From NCBI RefSeq assembly GCF_037042905.1, contig NC_087251.1:24926001-24990000 (forward strand): a stretch of 64,000 nucleotides of DNA. Reading direction: 5' to 3'. Below the pieces are notes generated by a model. That model saw only the letters and a list, made by a program, of their open reading frames with translations, was not told the DNA's origin and made no database searches. This DNA is from Lytechinus pictus. Lineage: Eukaryota. Positions 1 to 11,951 of this stretch are shown piece after piece. The number at the start of each line of letters is the position of its first letter. Positions within the stretch are counted from its first letter, which is position 1. The position numbers were made by a program, and so were the translations under genes.

Positions 1-519
1 ATTCTTTTTCTGAAGTTTAATTACTTTTCTTTCAGTCTCCATGCAGGAGTCTCCACCATTTTACTTTTACCCCCACCCCCATCTCATACCTTCCCTTCTT
101 CTCTCTCAGTCTTCTTTGATTTATGTTCTTATTTGTCTCCTCTTTCGTCTTCACATGCAGTTTCCATTTCCTTTCACCCCCCCCCCTTTTTACCCTTCCT
201 CATTTTCTCTCTTTCCCTCTTTTCTTCTTTCTCCCTCTTTTTAAATTTATCTTATCAAATTCTTCTGTCCCACTCCTTTTCTTTCCATCATTCCTCTCTA
301 TCGTTTCATCTGTATGTTTATCATTCTAGCTGTCTTTCTGTATTTCCCTCCCCCTCTTCTCTCATTTTCGCGCCCTCAAACTTTGGCGCGCTTGCGCTCT
401 GTGCACTGTAACCATTACTCTGATGCTGTCGATTGAAAAAAATATATCATTTTCCAAAGTAGCCCAATCAGTAAAAATGTTTTCTTCCTAATTTTAACAA
501 CATGTATGCTACATCGAAC

Positions 520-727
520 CAGTGGCATACGCGGGGGGTTACATCCCTCTTTATTTTTTGTTGATACCCATCCCCCCTAAAAAAATGTTGAGGACTTTTT
601 TTTTTGCTCGTCATTCTTTGGGGGTACAAAACGACGCAAATTTTGTGGTGAGGGGGGGGGGGTTGTCAACATTTCCTTCAGCTTGTTACCCCCCCCCCCC
701 CCTTTCAAAAATCCTGCATACGCTCTG
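520..727. mobile_element. Short hAT-like MITE (G/C-run family)
   Basis: Termini cagtggcatacgc / gcatacgctctg are imperfect inverted repeats; flanks catcgaac (512-519) and tatcaaac (728-735) look like a decayed 8-bp TSD; internal poly-G and poly-C runs as in other copies in the window. Confidence 0.55.
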
Positions 728-1015
728 TATCAAACAGATGAATATAAGGGCCTATTTATAGTTGAGATCAAAAGGAAATGGAGTAGGGCCGTTCTAAGAA
801 TACCAGAGTCTACAATTAAGCTTTCGGGCGTCTGCTAAACAAAATGAAACGATTTTCTTGCCCACCCAACCACCACTAAATCCTACATCTACCCGTAGAT
901 CCAGTATCCCCATGTCGACAACACTCTCGTCTTTTCTGTGCAGCTTTCCACTCTTTCAGGTGATATCCCCTTGCTTTTCAATTTATTGTCAGAAAATCAT
1001 GCAAAACTTAAGCAC

Positions 1016-1068
1016 ATGTGACCCCCTTATTCATATGTGACCCCCTTATCATTATGTGACCCCCTTAA
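1016..1068 (+). repeat. Short tandem repeat, 3 x 19 bp (atgtgacccccttat...)
   Basis: Unit starts at 1016, 1035 and 1054. Confidence 0.85.
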
Positions 1069-1664
1069 TTACGCAAATCAGAATACTCAAAAGTAAAACT
1101 TGACAAACAGGCAAACTAAATTGTATTTACAAGAGTTTCAACTGAAACGAGGTTCCCAATACACACTAGTCTTTTAGTAATAACGTTATTTACGAGATGT
1201 TTTGGACACTATACCACATTATGCACCTATATTCGCATTTTTGAAATAGCATTTTATTCCAAGAATTTAGGAAATGGTGTCTGTTTTATTTCACTTTGGT
1301 TAAAGATTACAATTGATTTCATTTCAACTCAACTACATCGAATCTAATTGTTAAACAGAAAACAAGATAAAGACAATGCGAATTAATATCCAATAAATTC
1401 AATATGTAAATACATTTACACATAAGAAAACGGTTAACATCACACAAACCTTTAATCTATGATATTTTTTGTAGCTTGCAACGTTTTACGACGTTTCAAA
1501 GCTATTCGCTCAAAGGAAATGACGAAAGTTCAAATCCTATTTTCTCATTGCAAGTTATCCTCAATAGATTATGGTTATTATATAGAGTCACTACATTATT
1601 TTTAATGAACAAACATTTTCTTTCAGCTCACCAAGAAATAAATCAAAAGACAACGAAAATCCCC

Positions 1665-3165
1665 TTTTTGTCTCACCTGCATAGCAGAGTGAGACTATAG
1701 GCGCCGCTTTTCCGACGGCGCGCCGTCGGAAAAGCGGCGCCTATAGTCTCACCAAAACTTAACCGAAGGTTAATTTTTCGAAATGACAGCATAAATTAGA
1801 AAGTATATGGATCAAGTATTACTGAACATCCTGCCTGAGTTTCAGGTCATATGACCAAGGTCAAAGGTCATTTAGGGTCAATGAACTTAGACCATGTTGG
1901 GGGAATCAACATCAAAATCTTAACCTAAGGTTAAGTTTTTGAAATGTCATCATAACTTAGAAAATATATGGACCTAGTTCATAAAACTTGGACATAAGGT
2001 GAATCAAGTATAACTAAACATCCTGCTTGAGTTTCATGTCACATGACTAAGGTCAAAGGTCATTTAGGGTCAATGAACTTAGACCATGTTGGGGGAATCA
2101 ACATCAAAATCTTAACCTAAGGTTAAGTTTTTGAGATGTCATCATAACTTAGAAAATATATGGACCTAGTTCATAAAACTTGGACATAAGGTGAATCAAG
2201 TATAACTAAACATCCTGCTTGAGTTTCATGTCACATGACTAAGGTCAAAGGTCATTTAGGGTCAATGAACTTTGGCCAAATTGGGGGTATCTGTTGAATT
2301 ACCATCATAACTTTGAAAGTTTTTGGATCTGATTCATGAAACTTGGACATAAGAGTAATCAAGTATCACTGAACATCCTGTGCGCATTTCAGGTCACATG
2401 ACCAAGGTCAAAGATCAATGAACTTTGGCCATAATGGGGGTATCTGTTGAATTACCATCATAACTTCGAATGTTTATGGATCTGATTCATGAAACTTGGA
2501 CATAAGCGCAATCAAGTATCACTGAACATCCTGTGCGAGTTTCAGGTCACATGATCAAGGTCAAAGGTCATGTAAGGTCAATGAACTTTGGCCAAGTTGG
2601 GGGTATTTGTTGAATTACCATCATAACTTTGAAAGTTTGTTGGTCTAGTTCATAAAACTTGGACATAAGAGTTATCATGTATCACTGAACATCCTGTGCG
2701 AATTTCAGGTCACATGACCAACGTCAAAGGTCAATGAACGTTGGCCATAATGGAGGTATCTGTTGAATTACCATCATAACTCTGTAAGTATATTGTTCTA
2801 GTTCATAAAACTTGGACATAAGAGTCATCAAGTATCACTAAACATCTCATGCGAGTTTCAGGTCACATGACGAAAGTCAAAGGTCATTGAACTTTGGTCA
2901 TTTTAGAGGTAATTATTAGATTGCTGTCATAACTTTCAAAGTTTATAGATATAGTGTATAAAATGTGGATATAGGGGTAATCAAGTATCACTGACAAGAT
3001 TTAGGTCACATGATCAAGGTCAAATATCAATGAACGTAGTATTGTATCATTATATGAATGGTGTTTTTTGTGAATAATTATTTTATAGTAGTTTTCAAAG
3101 TCAGCACTGCTGCTATATTGAATCGTGTGATGCAGGCGAGACCGCCAGAGGCATTACACTTGTTT
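1665..3165 (+). mobile_element. Helentron-associated non-autonomous element (HINE/DINE-1-like) with an internal tandem array
   Basis: T-run, then 5' subterminal IR gtctcacctgca (1670-1681) with a nearby partial complement gtgagac; 3' subterminal IR tgcaggcgagac (3131-3142, 1 mismatch); short hairpin gcc-aga-ggc and a cttgttt end; central 143-192 bp tandem units. This matches the described HINE architecture. Confidence 0.75.
1790..3035 (+). repeat. Tandem array of about 8 units (143-192 bp) inside the HINE
   Basis: Anchor motif aggtcaaaggtca or a variant at 1858, 2050, 2242, 2405, 2558, 2721, 2874 and 3017. Confidence 0.9.
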
Positions 3166-3730
3166 GAATTGGGGAACACAAGATCCCAAATTATGGACAA
3201 CTAAAGAACCCCAGGTTTACTTGTGGGATTTGGGATGGAAGCTCCCACACACCCCCTTCGTTTTGGTTTACATTGAATTTGTTCTTGTACTCATTATAGC
3301 ACTCACATGTCGCCATCGATTTTTGAAAAAAAAGGCGATAAAGCTCATAATGTTAAGGAAATACCATTTTATAAGGTCTCAAGAAAATAAACCTCAAATT
3401 AAATTGGTACAGGTCTTTTAAGAATGATTACGAGTTGAATATTAGACAGGAGGTACCGAGGTATTATGACCCTGCATGTAGGGGGCATTTTTCTCTATGA
3501 AAGACTATGGGTATTATCTAGAGGAGGGGATCTTCGACAGCTTCTTTTTGCTTGTGTTCCTTCTTCAATCACCCCCTCCTATTTCGTTCTTTCGTTCTCC
3601 TCTATTTGTTTATGATCACTGTCTTGAAGGAAAGAAACATGAGAGCGATTACCTCAGCATGCACACCCCCGTAGCATTTCCCCTTGTAATTATATATACA
3701 GGAATGATTTACGAGAATTTTATACAACTT

Positions 3731-5089
3731 TTAATACATAGTTTCTGAAACAGCTTCAACACCAGAATCCTCATCACCAAGATAAGCTTCATTATCATGG
3801 ATATTGTCACTCTCTTGAAGATCATTTTGTGTCCTTTCTCTTGACTTTTTCTTCCTCTTACTAGCAGCAAGATAAGCACTGCAAAATGCTTTGTGGATAT
3901 GTCGCCTGAAGCTCCTGCTGCTGATGATGTAGATGTAAGGACAGACCGCGTGGCTAAAGTAGGACAGGAAAGCGACAACGATTACGACGATTGATGGAAT
4001 CGCGATGTTGTATGTCTCGAAAAATTTGACGACGAGATAAGGAATCCAGCAGATGCTGACGGCCAGGAGTATAAGAGCTGCTGTCTTGACCAACGCCATC
4101 TCGTTCGGTCGATATCGATACGCTCGTTTCGTCCGTTTGGCATCCTTGTAACGGCGATGAGTTGCGCTTTCGTCTTCAGATGAGGAGGAGGACGAAGAAG
4201 ATGATGACGATGACGAAGATGAAGATGATGACGATGATGAAGAAGAATCATCGTCTCTCCCACGCTTTGCCCTTTTCTTTCTCTTTTTGATTCGTTTCTT
4301 TTGTCTCTTTCTAAGTTTCTTCACCCTCTCCTCGGTCAAGGTCGGGTTCTTGATCGTTCTTGCTAGTGTCTTTTCACGGCGTTTCAGTTGGTATCCATAC
4401 GACACTGGGACTGCTACTTCCTCCTTGAAGATATCCTCGTCGTCTTTCAAGCTCTTCAATGCTCCTTTAACTGTCCTAGCAAACAAGGGAATCGACAGGG
4501 CCAACGGAAGGATGATTCCCAATACAAAGGTGAAGTAAAGATGGGAGACATTCTTCTGGTAGCCGTCGACAGAATGTGCGCATTGTCCTTCTGTGGTGAG
4601 ATAGCCATACTCTCCCCAGTTGATCAGGGGTAACATGGACAGAATGGCGTCGAAAAACCATAGTGCACTTAGAAGAATCAACGTCGGAATCACCCTAAAT
4701 ATTTCCTTGTGCTTGAGCGGCATCATGATCCTCACATACCTTTCCACAAAGATTATTCCCACCGTATGCCATATTTGATAGAAAGTAAATTGCGTGATAA
4801 AAGCCGAAGCAATACAAAACTCAGTACTCAACGTCCACGACCCTGACCACGTAGCGATGATGTTGGGGATGAGTGAGAAGATGACAGCGACGACATTAGA
4901 TCCGGCAATATTGGTGAAGAAATACCAAGGTCCGATTCGGACACGGATTCGTGGGGTTCGAGATAATGTTACCACGTAGATGATATGTCCGATAATGGAG
5001 AGCAAAACGATGACGATCAATCCAACCGTCTTTCCGATCCTCTCGACATCGACAGAAGACGTCGAATTAGAAACGTTAATAGACGACAT
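3731..5089 (-). CDS. Intronless class A (rhodopsin-like) G protein-coupled receptor, orphan, 452 aa
   Basis: First ATG at 5089 (MSSINVSNSTS, two N-glycosylation sequons); seven hydrophobic segments; WTLSTEFC before TM3; ERY motif; TM4 Trp/Pro; ECL2 Cys; CWIPY in TM6; CPYIY (NPxxY variant) followed by helix-8 FR. The ORF-track start at 5221 is a TTG. Confidence 0.92.
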   Translation of the reverse strand: MSSINVSNSTSSVDVERIGKTVGLIVIVLLSIIGHIIYVVTLSRTPRIRVRIGPWYFFTNIAGSNVVAVIFSLIPNIIATWSGSWTLSTEFCIASAFITQFTFYQIWHTVGIIFVERYVRIMMPLKHKEIFRVIPTLILLSALWFFDAILSMLPLINWGEYGYLTTEGQCAHSVDGYQKNVSHLYFTFVLGIILPLALSIPLFARTVKGALKSLKDDEDIFKEEVAVPVSYGYQLKRREKTLARTIKNPTLTEERVKKLRKRQKKRIKKRKKRAKRGRDDDSSSSSSSSSSSSSSSSSSSSSSSEDESATHRRYKDAKRTKRAYRYRPNEMALVKTAALILLAVSICWIPYLVVKFFETYNIAIPSIVVIVVAFLSYFSHAVCPYIYIISSRSFRRHIHKAFCSAYLAASKRKKKSRERTQNDLQESDNIHDNEAYLGDEDSGVEAVSETMY

Positions 5090-6596
5090 ATTCAATGACG
5101 TACTCAAATACAAGACAACATCTTCATAACTGCATACAGTCAATTGCGCAGGAACAAGGAAGTCGACCTTACAAATTATCAAGCAAAGTACATTGTAGGC
5201 AAGATTTTCGAGGTGTTCCAACCTCAGTTGCTAGGCATTTTTCTTGATGCCATCTAACGGTGATCAAGTTATGTAACTTGATCTTGATGGGTTAATGATT
5301 ATCACAGGGATTAAAGACTCAGAATTATTAATCTCAGTCAGCTCTGATACAAATCATACAAAGGCTGTATACCGTATATTGAAGACCATACCTGTTTCAA
5401 CTTACAGACGTCGTTTGTTGTGCCTCGTTACGATTGTGACGTTTTGTTCGGGCAGCGATCGATCAACTCTTTACAAATAAATCCATCAAGCGTTGCAAGA
5501 GCTTGTAAAGGAGTTTGCAGGGGTAATTTGAATTTGAATAAGGCAAGGGGTTGAATAAAGAGAGGGACTAAAATAGCCTCATGACACGGTCACACCGATG
5601 ATTAGCTCGACCCTCAAACGACGCAACCTCAGTTGCTAAAAATGTAATCGGTAATATTTTTGCCAGTTGGTGTGACGTTGTACATCATGTACTTTGCCTT
5701 GAGCAGTGAGAACAAACAAAAATCATGGAGGTGACAGCTCCTAATAAGCCTGTTCACGGTTGTAAACTGCGCACGAGCAGAAAAAGGTCACTGGAGACAA
5801 CCATGAAGGTGGCTTTCAAATTCACTGACATAGGCATTTGTGATTTGATGATTATTCATGTATTCCTTTCAAAATATTTATTACATCCAAGCTGAAGAGT
5901 AATAAATAGAGCCTTCATAATTACTGGTATTTGACAGTAGCCTAAACAATAGTCAAATGTGCCAAAGGCAGACAATAAAACAGATTTCCAAACTTTATCC
6001 CTGATGTACTATTCTAGTCACCTGGTCTATACAATGCATTTTGTTCTTAGAATTTGAATACTCTACCGGTAAAGCTTACGCAACATCTACATTTGAAAAT
6101 GATAGTGCTTATCCTAATGAAAAATCACAAAGGTCATTGGAGAAAAGTTGATCATGAGCTAACCGTGAACTGGCTTATTGTCATTTCGTAACTATAGCTC
6201 TATAGAGCACAAATTTCGGGTGTTAAGAGTGATGTCGATGCTTGTCAGAGTTCAATTTTTTTAATGTTTAATTTTCTCTAGCTATGGGTAAGATTATCTG
6301 ACATTATTATGTTTTGAGAGAAATCATTAGTACATTAAAATGACGGATGAGTCTACTGTACTCTCCCTCATCAACACACTATCCGCAAAATAACGCTCAC
6401 AAAACCACCAAAGAAAAGCAAAATCCTATAATTTTTTAATACTATTTTGGTTTGTTTTACAGTAAATTGCGATATGTACCAGTGGATTGTCATAGTCAAT
6501 GACTACCCCCCCCCCAAAAAAAAGAGAAGAATATCATAGGAGGGCAGAAAACCCATTTATGTATCAACATTTTAAAAAAATTATCTATCAATATTT

Positions 6597-6885
6597 TAAA
6601 GGGAAATCAAAACCCAAATGAAAACTTGTTTTTAAAGGGAACAGAAAAATCAGACAAGTTGATAGGTAAAGGTTTGAAAAATATCGGAAAACAATAAGAA
6701 AGCTATGAATTTTTAAAATTTGTAAACATTGGTAATCACTATACCAATGAAGACTTCAAATTTGCCGCATACGTGATGTAAGGCAAGGACTCTTCCATGA
6801 TGGTTAAAATGTCTTTTTTTCTCAAATGTTTTACTTAAAATAATATTGTTCTTTCATGGGGACATAAAACAATATACTACCTGAG

Positions 6886-6890
<5 letters not shown>
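6597..6890. mobile_element. Truncated TTAA-AGG (Kolobok-like) MITE fragment
   Basis: Starts ttaaagggaaatcaaaacccaa and resembles the left arm of the TTAA-flanked MITEs at 18951 and 50028; ends in a (TA)n run. Confidence 0.4.
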
Positions 6891-6923
<33 letters not shown>

Positions 6924-7005
6924 AACGCTATTTCCAACCATACGGGGAAATGCAGAAAAAGTGGTAGTCATGGGGAATTTCATAAAAAGCATATTTCTAT
7001 CTTAA

Positions 7006-7625
7006 TTACAGCGTGTTCAAAATGCATGTGCCAGACTCATTTGTAATTCCCCCAAATTTTTCCATGTAAGGCCCCTACTCTGCGATCTACATTGGCTTCC
7101 AGTACGTCAGCGAATCAAATTCAAAATAATGCTCCTAACATATAAGATACTACATGACATGGCCCCCACCTATCTCAGTGAACTCCTTAAATTAAAATCA
7201 CCCGCCCAGTCTTACGGGCTTCCTAGTTCCCATGACACAATGCTCCTCAGTCTCCCACCATGTAAAACAAAGATTACACTAGGTGACCGTGCCTTTATCA
7301 GTGCTGCACCCAAACTCTGGAATAGTCTCCCTTCCTCAATAAGAAATGCATCCTCTGTCAACTTATTTAAAACTAAACTGAAATCCCACCTCTTTCAAGA
7401 GAGTTTTTAATAAATAAGTCACTTTTTGTTATGTATTTTGTAGAAATAATTAATCTTTACTTATTTTTCTTCGATTAATTTAGCGAACTTAAATTTACTT
7501 CTAAAATTTTTGCGTATCCTGTTATTAATTGTTTTTCTGCTTATCTGTTATGTATTGTAATGCGCAGTTGAGTATATCCAAATAGAAATTGCGCAACATA
7601 AATTTACAATTATTATTATTATTAT
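7006..7625 (+). mobile_element. 5'-truncated L2/CR1-group LINE (ORF2 C-terminus, 3' UTR, (ATT)n tail)
   Basis: Reading frame 7006-7410 gives LQRVQNACARL...LHWLPVRQRIKFK...GDRAFISAAPKLWNSLP...FKTKLKSHLF, the typical C-terminus of L2/CR1 ORF2; (att)n tail at about 7609-7625. Confidence 0.9.
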
Positions 7626-8689
7626 AGTACAACTTTATATAGGCCTTTCTGATATACCATGTGTTAACATCAACTAGAGGAGGCCTTTCATCAACAAAAC
7701 ATACAAAAACATACAAGCATGCAAACAACAAACTCTATAGATCAATAGTTAGAGTCTATATTTCTATATAACAGCTGAATCACTGAACAAACGAGTCGAA
7801 TAACTGTATCATGCTTATGCTACAGGGCTTGTTTTAGGCCACTGACGGGCATTCCACTAATTTGGTCTAGCGCCCTCTATAAATAGTGTTTGGAACATGA
7901 GAAAATAAAACTGTACAGTACATGACTTCGTGCACGTACACTCAGGCAACTTTTAAAAAGCATTTTTGGCATTCAGGTTCTTTTACTCTTCCATTTATTT
8001 TTGCAAGTGACCGAAGTTTATACAAAAATGAAAAAAATGTAGGGAAAATGATTATGATAAACAACATAACTTCATCCATATTGCTGTCAAATAAAATAAA
8101 ACAACCCAAACAAACGTAAGCACAACGCAGGACAAAATATTGTAGATCTACTATGATTCGTATGATATATCAAATCTTAATTACCTTTTATTCCATTTCG
8201 ATCGAAATGAGACTAATGATAATCAAACAGGGAAAGATCGACCTCTCCAACATCCCAATAAAAGCTGATCAGTACTGTTGATATACCGATTGGGGCCTAT
8301 TGTAATAGTTACCCCCCCCCCCCCCCTGACAGACTTACAAAAACCTCTTTGAGGTAAGCATGGTAACGGGGTACATGAATGCCCAATCATGCCCAGCAGT
8401 GTGGTAATTGTCTTTATTCATGGACCCTATACCATTGTTTATTCATGTTGATGTTTGTTTTGTTTGTTTGCTCATGTTGGCCCAATTCAATCGGGCACTT
8501 TTGAAAATTAATTTCACGAGACCAACTTGAAATAATAGCTGACTTAAATTGGTCAGTATGAGTATAGAAATTACATTTGCTTTGAGCAAACAAAATGTAT
8601 TGTGCTCTCCTTCTAAATGGATTTTTAATTTACATCTATGTTGTCAGTGACTGGATTCATTCAAAAAAGATTGTCTTCACTACACAGTA

Positions 8690-9100
8690 TTTGATTCGAT
8701 TTGATTTGATTTATTTTTTTCTTCTGCATTCATATATATAACATTCGTATACAATACAATTTTCATTACGTAACAAACATAATAGATCGGTAATTGATTT
8801 AGGTTTGAATCATAAAGAAAAAAAAATACAAAATAGAAAAGACGTTCTAAACAAATATGATCTACAACCAACAAAGAAAATTTTTAACATTTACAGTTTG
8901 CGGGAGAAAGATTGTCATTATAAGCAGATTGCTTGTATATTTCATTGTGTGGGAATTGTGCTGACTGCCTCCTGAACAGAATTTTACTTTTACAGAAAAA
9001 GGCTATTCGTATTATTTGTCATGCAGATTTTCGTTCACACACTGACGAACTTTTCTATAAATATAATATTTTGAAGATTGGTTGACTTGTATCGATACAA
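8690..9100 (-). mobile_element. Decayed LINE 3' end with (CAAAT)n-type tail
   Basis: The minus strand ends in aataaatcaaatcaaatc; a similar tail and the ttctgcattca motif recur at about 50665-50700. Confidence 0.35.
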
Positions 9101-9118
9101 TCTCGGAAAACTTATGTA

Positions 9119-9928
9119 CAGTGCGTCCCAGAAAAAACGAAACCGAGATTTAGCAATGATTTATCATAACTTAATCACAAATACAATAGACAAATTACCT
9201 ATCAATGTAAAGCTTATAATCTCCTCTTTCATCTGATATTACTTAGATTATTCCTCATTCACGCATGAGTGAGCAAAAACAATTTGAAGAAATGATACCA
9301 AAAACTCATTTGGCGGGGGGTATCTGAATTTTAAAAAGAAAACCACATGCCTAAAAAGTTCAATATCTGCTCTTTAATTTGATACCTTAATCACAAAAAA
9401 TGGTCAAGAAGTTAAAAAGTTACGTTCCCTCGAAACAATGCTTGTATTTCCATAATTTCATTAAATAAACGTGTTTTCACCGGTTTCCCACAGAAGCTAT
9501 CGCATGGTTAACAAAAGACTTCATGCATGGCTGATCGTCAACAAAACGGAGTGTCGATTGAGTTTGAACGCTAGCCTGTAAAACCTCTTCATTTTATGAA
9601 ATTATTGAAATTCAAGCCTTATTTCAAATAACCAGAACTTTCTTATTTCTTGACCATTTTCTGTAATTGAGGTATCAAATTAAAGAGCAGATATTGAACC
9701 TTTTAGAAATGTGGTTTTCGTTATGAAACCCAGATACAGCCCGCCAAATGACTTTTTGGTATCCCCTCTTCAAATTGTTTTTGCTCACTCATGCGTGAAT
9801 GAGAAATAATCTAAGCAATTTCAGATAAAAGAAGAGATTCTAAGCTTTACAATTTGTCTATTGTATTTGTGATTAAGTTATGATAAATTATCGCTAAATC
9901 TCGGTTTCGTTTTTTCTGGGACGCTCTG
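9119..9928 (+). mobile_element. Tc1/mariner-type MITE with very long (about 300 bp) TIRs, copy 1
   Basis: TA|cagtgcgtcccagaaaaaacgaaaccgagattt ... aaatctcggtttcgttttttctgggacgctctg|TA; the arms are reverse complements; near-identical copies at 27105 and 47802. Confidence 0.9.
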
Positions 9929-9930
9929 TA

Positions 9931-10837
9931 TAGTTTAGATAAAAATGAACTTCCAAATATTTTTTATTCCATGTTTACAAAAAATGTCGATATTCATCAT
10001 TATCCTACTAGGTCCGCCGGGCTCTTTCATCCACCAAGAGCTAGAACCATACTTTTAAATAAAACATTTATTTTTACAGGTATCAAACTTTGGAACTCCC
10101 TTATAGAATCATTACGTAACAAACCAACACATTTAAGTTTCAGTCGAGGGTTAAAGAAAATTCTTATCCTTGGGTATAAACCCCAGAACTCAAACATTTC
10201 TGTATAAGCAGCTACCACCTCTTGTTCTTCTTCCCTTCTTATTTTCTTCCTTCTTCTCTTTCCCCCTCCCTCTCACATTTCTTTTTTTCTCTCTCTGTCT
10301 TCCTATCACCTTAATGTCTAGTTCTATTGCTTTTCTTATTTTCCTGTTTGTCTATGTTTTGTAGTGTGTTTTGTTTTGTTTCTTTTCCTTTTTTTTCTGT
10401 CTTGTCCTGTTCTGTCCTGTTTTGTTTTTGTTCGTGTGCCTTTTTTGTTTTTGTCTTTGTTTTGCTTTTAGTATTTGTCCTGTCTTGTCCAAGTGATTGT
10501 CTATTCACACACTCCTGAACTCATTTTTTTTTTTATACAGCAGGGGTATATATGATATAATATTTTGTGTTAATTGTAACATAGTAGGCATAAAAAGCTT
10601 GACCCCACAAGTATTCTTTTTCATTGTACAAACCTTTTTAATTTACGATTTGAATTTCATTGATCAAAGATATACTTTAATTAACTATTTATTGCAGGGA
10701 ACCCATACTAACAAGCTTTGCTTTCCAGTGGGTTCCCTTTTTTCATTTCTGTATATTATATTTTTGTGTTTTGCTATACATTGTAACTTTTGTTAAATTT
10801 TGGAATGAAAAAGAATAAATGCAATCAATCAATCAAT
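9931..10837 (+). mobile_element. 5'-truncated CR1/L2-group LINE (ORF2 C-terminus, long 3' UTR, (CAAT)n tail)
   Basis: Frame reads ...HHYPTRSAGLFHPPRARTIL...FTGIKLWNSL...SFSRGLKKILI; ends aataaatgcaatcaatcaatcaat. Confidence 0.75.
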
Positions 10838-11494
10838 TGTATATTTCATATACATAATAATGCCATTACATTGTAAATGACGTTATTGAAAGTGTCAAAG
10901 TTTCGTATGAAAATAACATTGTAATGTGGAAAAAAGTTATATTATGATAATCCAGTAATTAGATTAACCATGTTAAAGATACGCTTGTTATACTGTTACT
11001 GCGCCTTTGAATGTTTTTAACAGATAAATGGCGCAATATAAATGCTGTGGATCATCATCATCATCAACTAGTGCCGACATACAAGTATATTGGGTGTTTT
11101 CTCCACTCCCTGGGGAATATTTCATCCTCGTATGATCACAATGGTCTGTATTATGACAGCTTTTGTAATTAATCAAAAGCTAATATAATGTCGTTATAAA
11201 GATAACAGTGGAATATCAAAACGTGTTTACAATGCTCTTCAATATTTATCATGTATTCATTACAGTTCTAAATATTGATTTAAATGAAAATAATAGAGTA
11301 TAATTATGTGCAAAGTTCCGAAACTGATACTGTGAGGTCATGCAGCTTATGTCGTGCGGATATCATAATGACTCAATTTTGAATAACATTAAAAATATAT
11401 TTATTCGTTTGAAAAGTTCGATTTAATGAGTTTCACGACAGGTAAATTGATTTTTATGCAATTCATAAGGGATGGATGAGATCAAGGGAGAATC

Positions 11495-11504
11495 AGAAGA
11501 AGAA

Positions 11505-11535
<31 letters not shown>

Positions 11536-11665
11536 GAGGAGGAGGGGGAGGGGGAGAAGGAGGAGAAGTAGAAGAAATACAGGGAAAAGTAAGACTAATC
11601 AAGAATAAGATGAAGAAGGAAATGGCAAAACTGAATAAAAGGAAGAAAAAAAAACTGAAGAAGAT

Positions 11666-11754
<89 letters not shown>

Positions 11755-11842
11755 TACTACTACTACTACTACTACTAGTACTACTACTACTACTTCTACT
11801 ACTACTACTAGTACTACTACTACTACTACTGCAACAACAACA

Positions 11843-11925
<83 letters not shown>

Positions 11926-11951
11926 TACTACTACTACTACTACTTCTACTA
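11495..11951 (+). repeat. Compound microsatellite: (GAA/GGA)n followed by about 285 bp of (CTA)n
   Basis: Directly visible; explains the spurious poly-E/T/L/V ORFs. Confidence 0.97.

Noticed and set aside
1790..3035. Tandem array as a CRISPR array
   Set aside because: Units are homologous along their whole length with no unique spacers, there are no cas genes, and the context is eukaryotic.
3731..5089. GPCR as an opsin
   Set aside because: Position 7.43 (retinal-binding Lys296 equivalent) is Tyr in FLSYFSHAVCP.
5090..5221. 44-aa N-terminal extension of the GPCR in the ORF track
   Set aside because: It starts at TTG; the first ATG (5089) is followed directly by typical N-glycosylation sequons and TM1. 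An upstream exon cannot be excluded.
7129..7410. Host gene exon
   Set aside because: The motifs are those of an L2/CR1 ORF2 C-terminus with a simple-repeat tail; listed as a mobile element.
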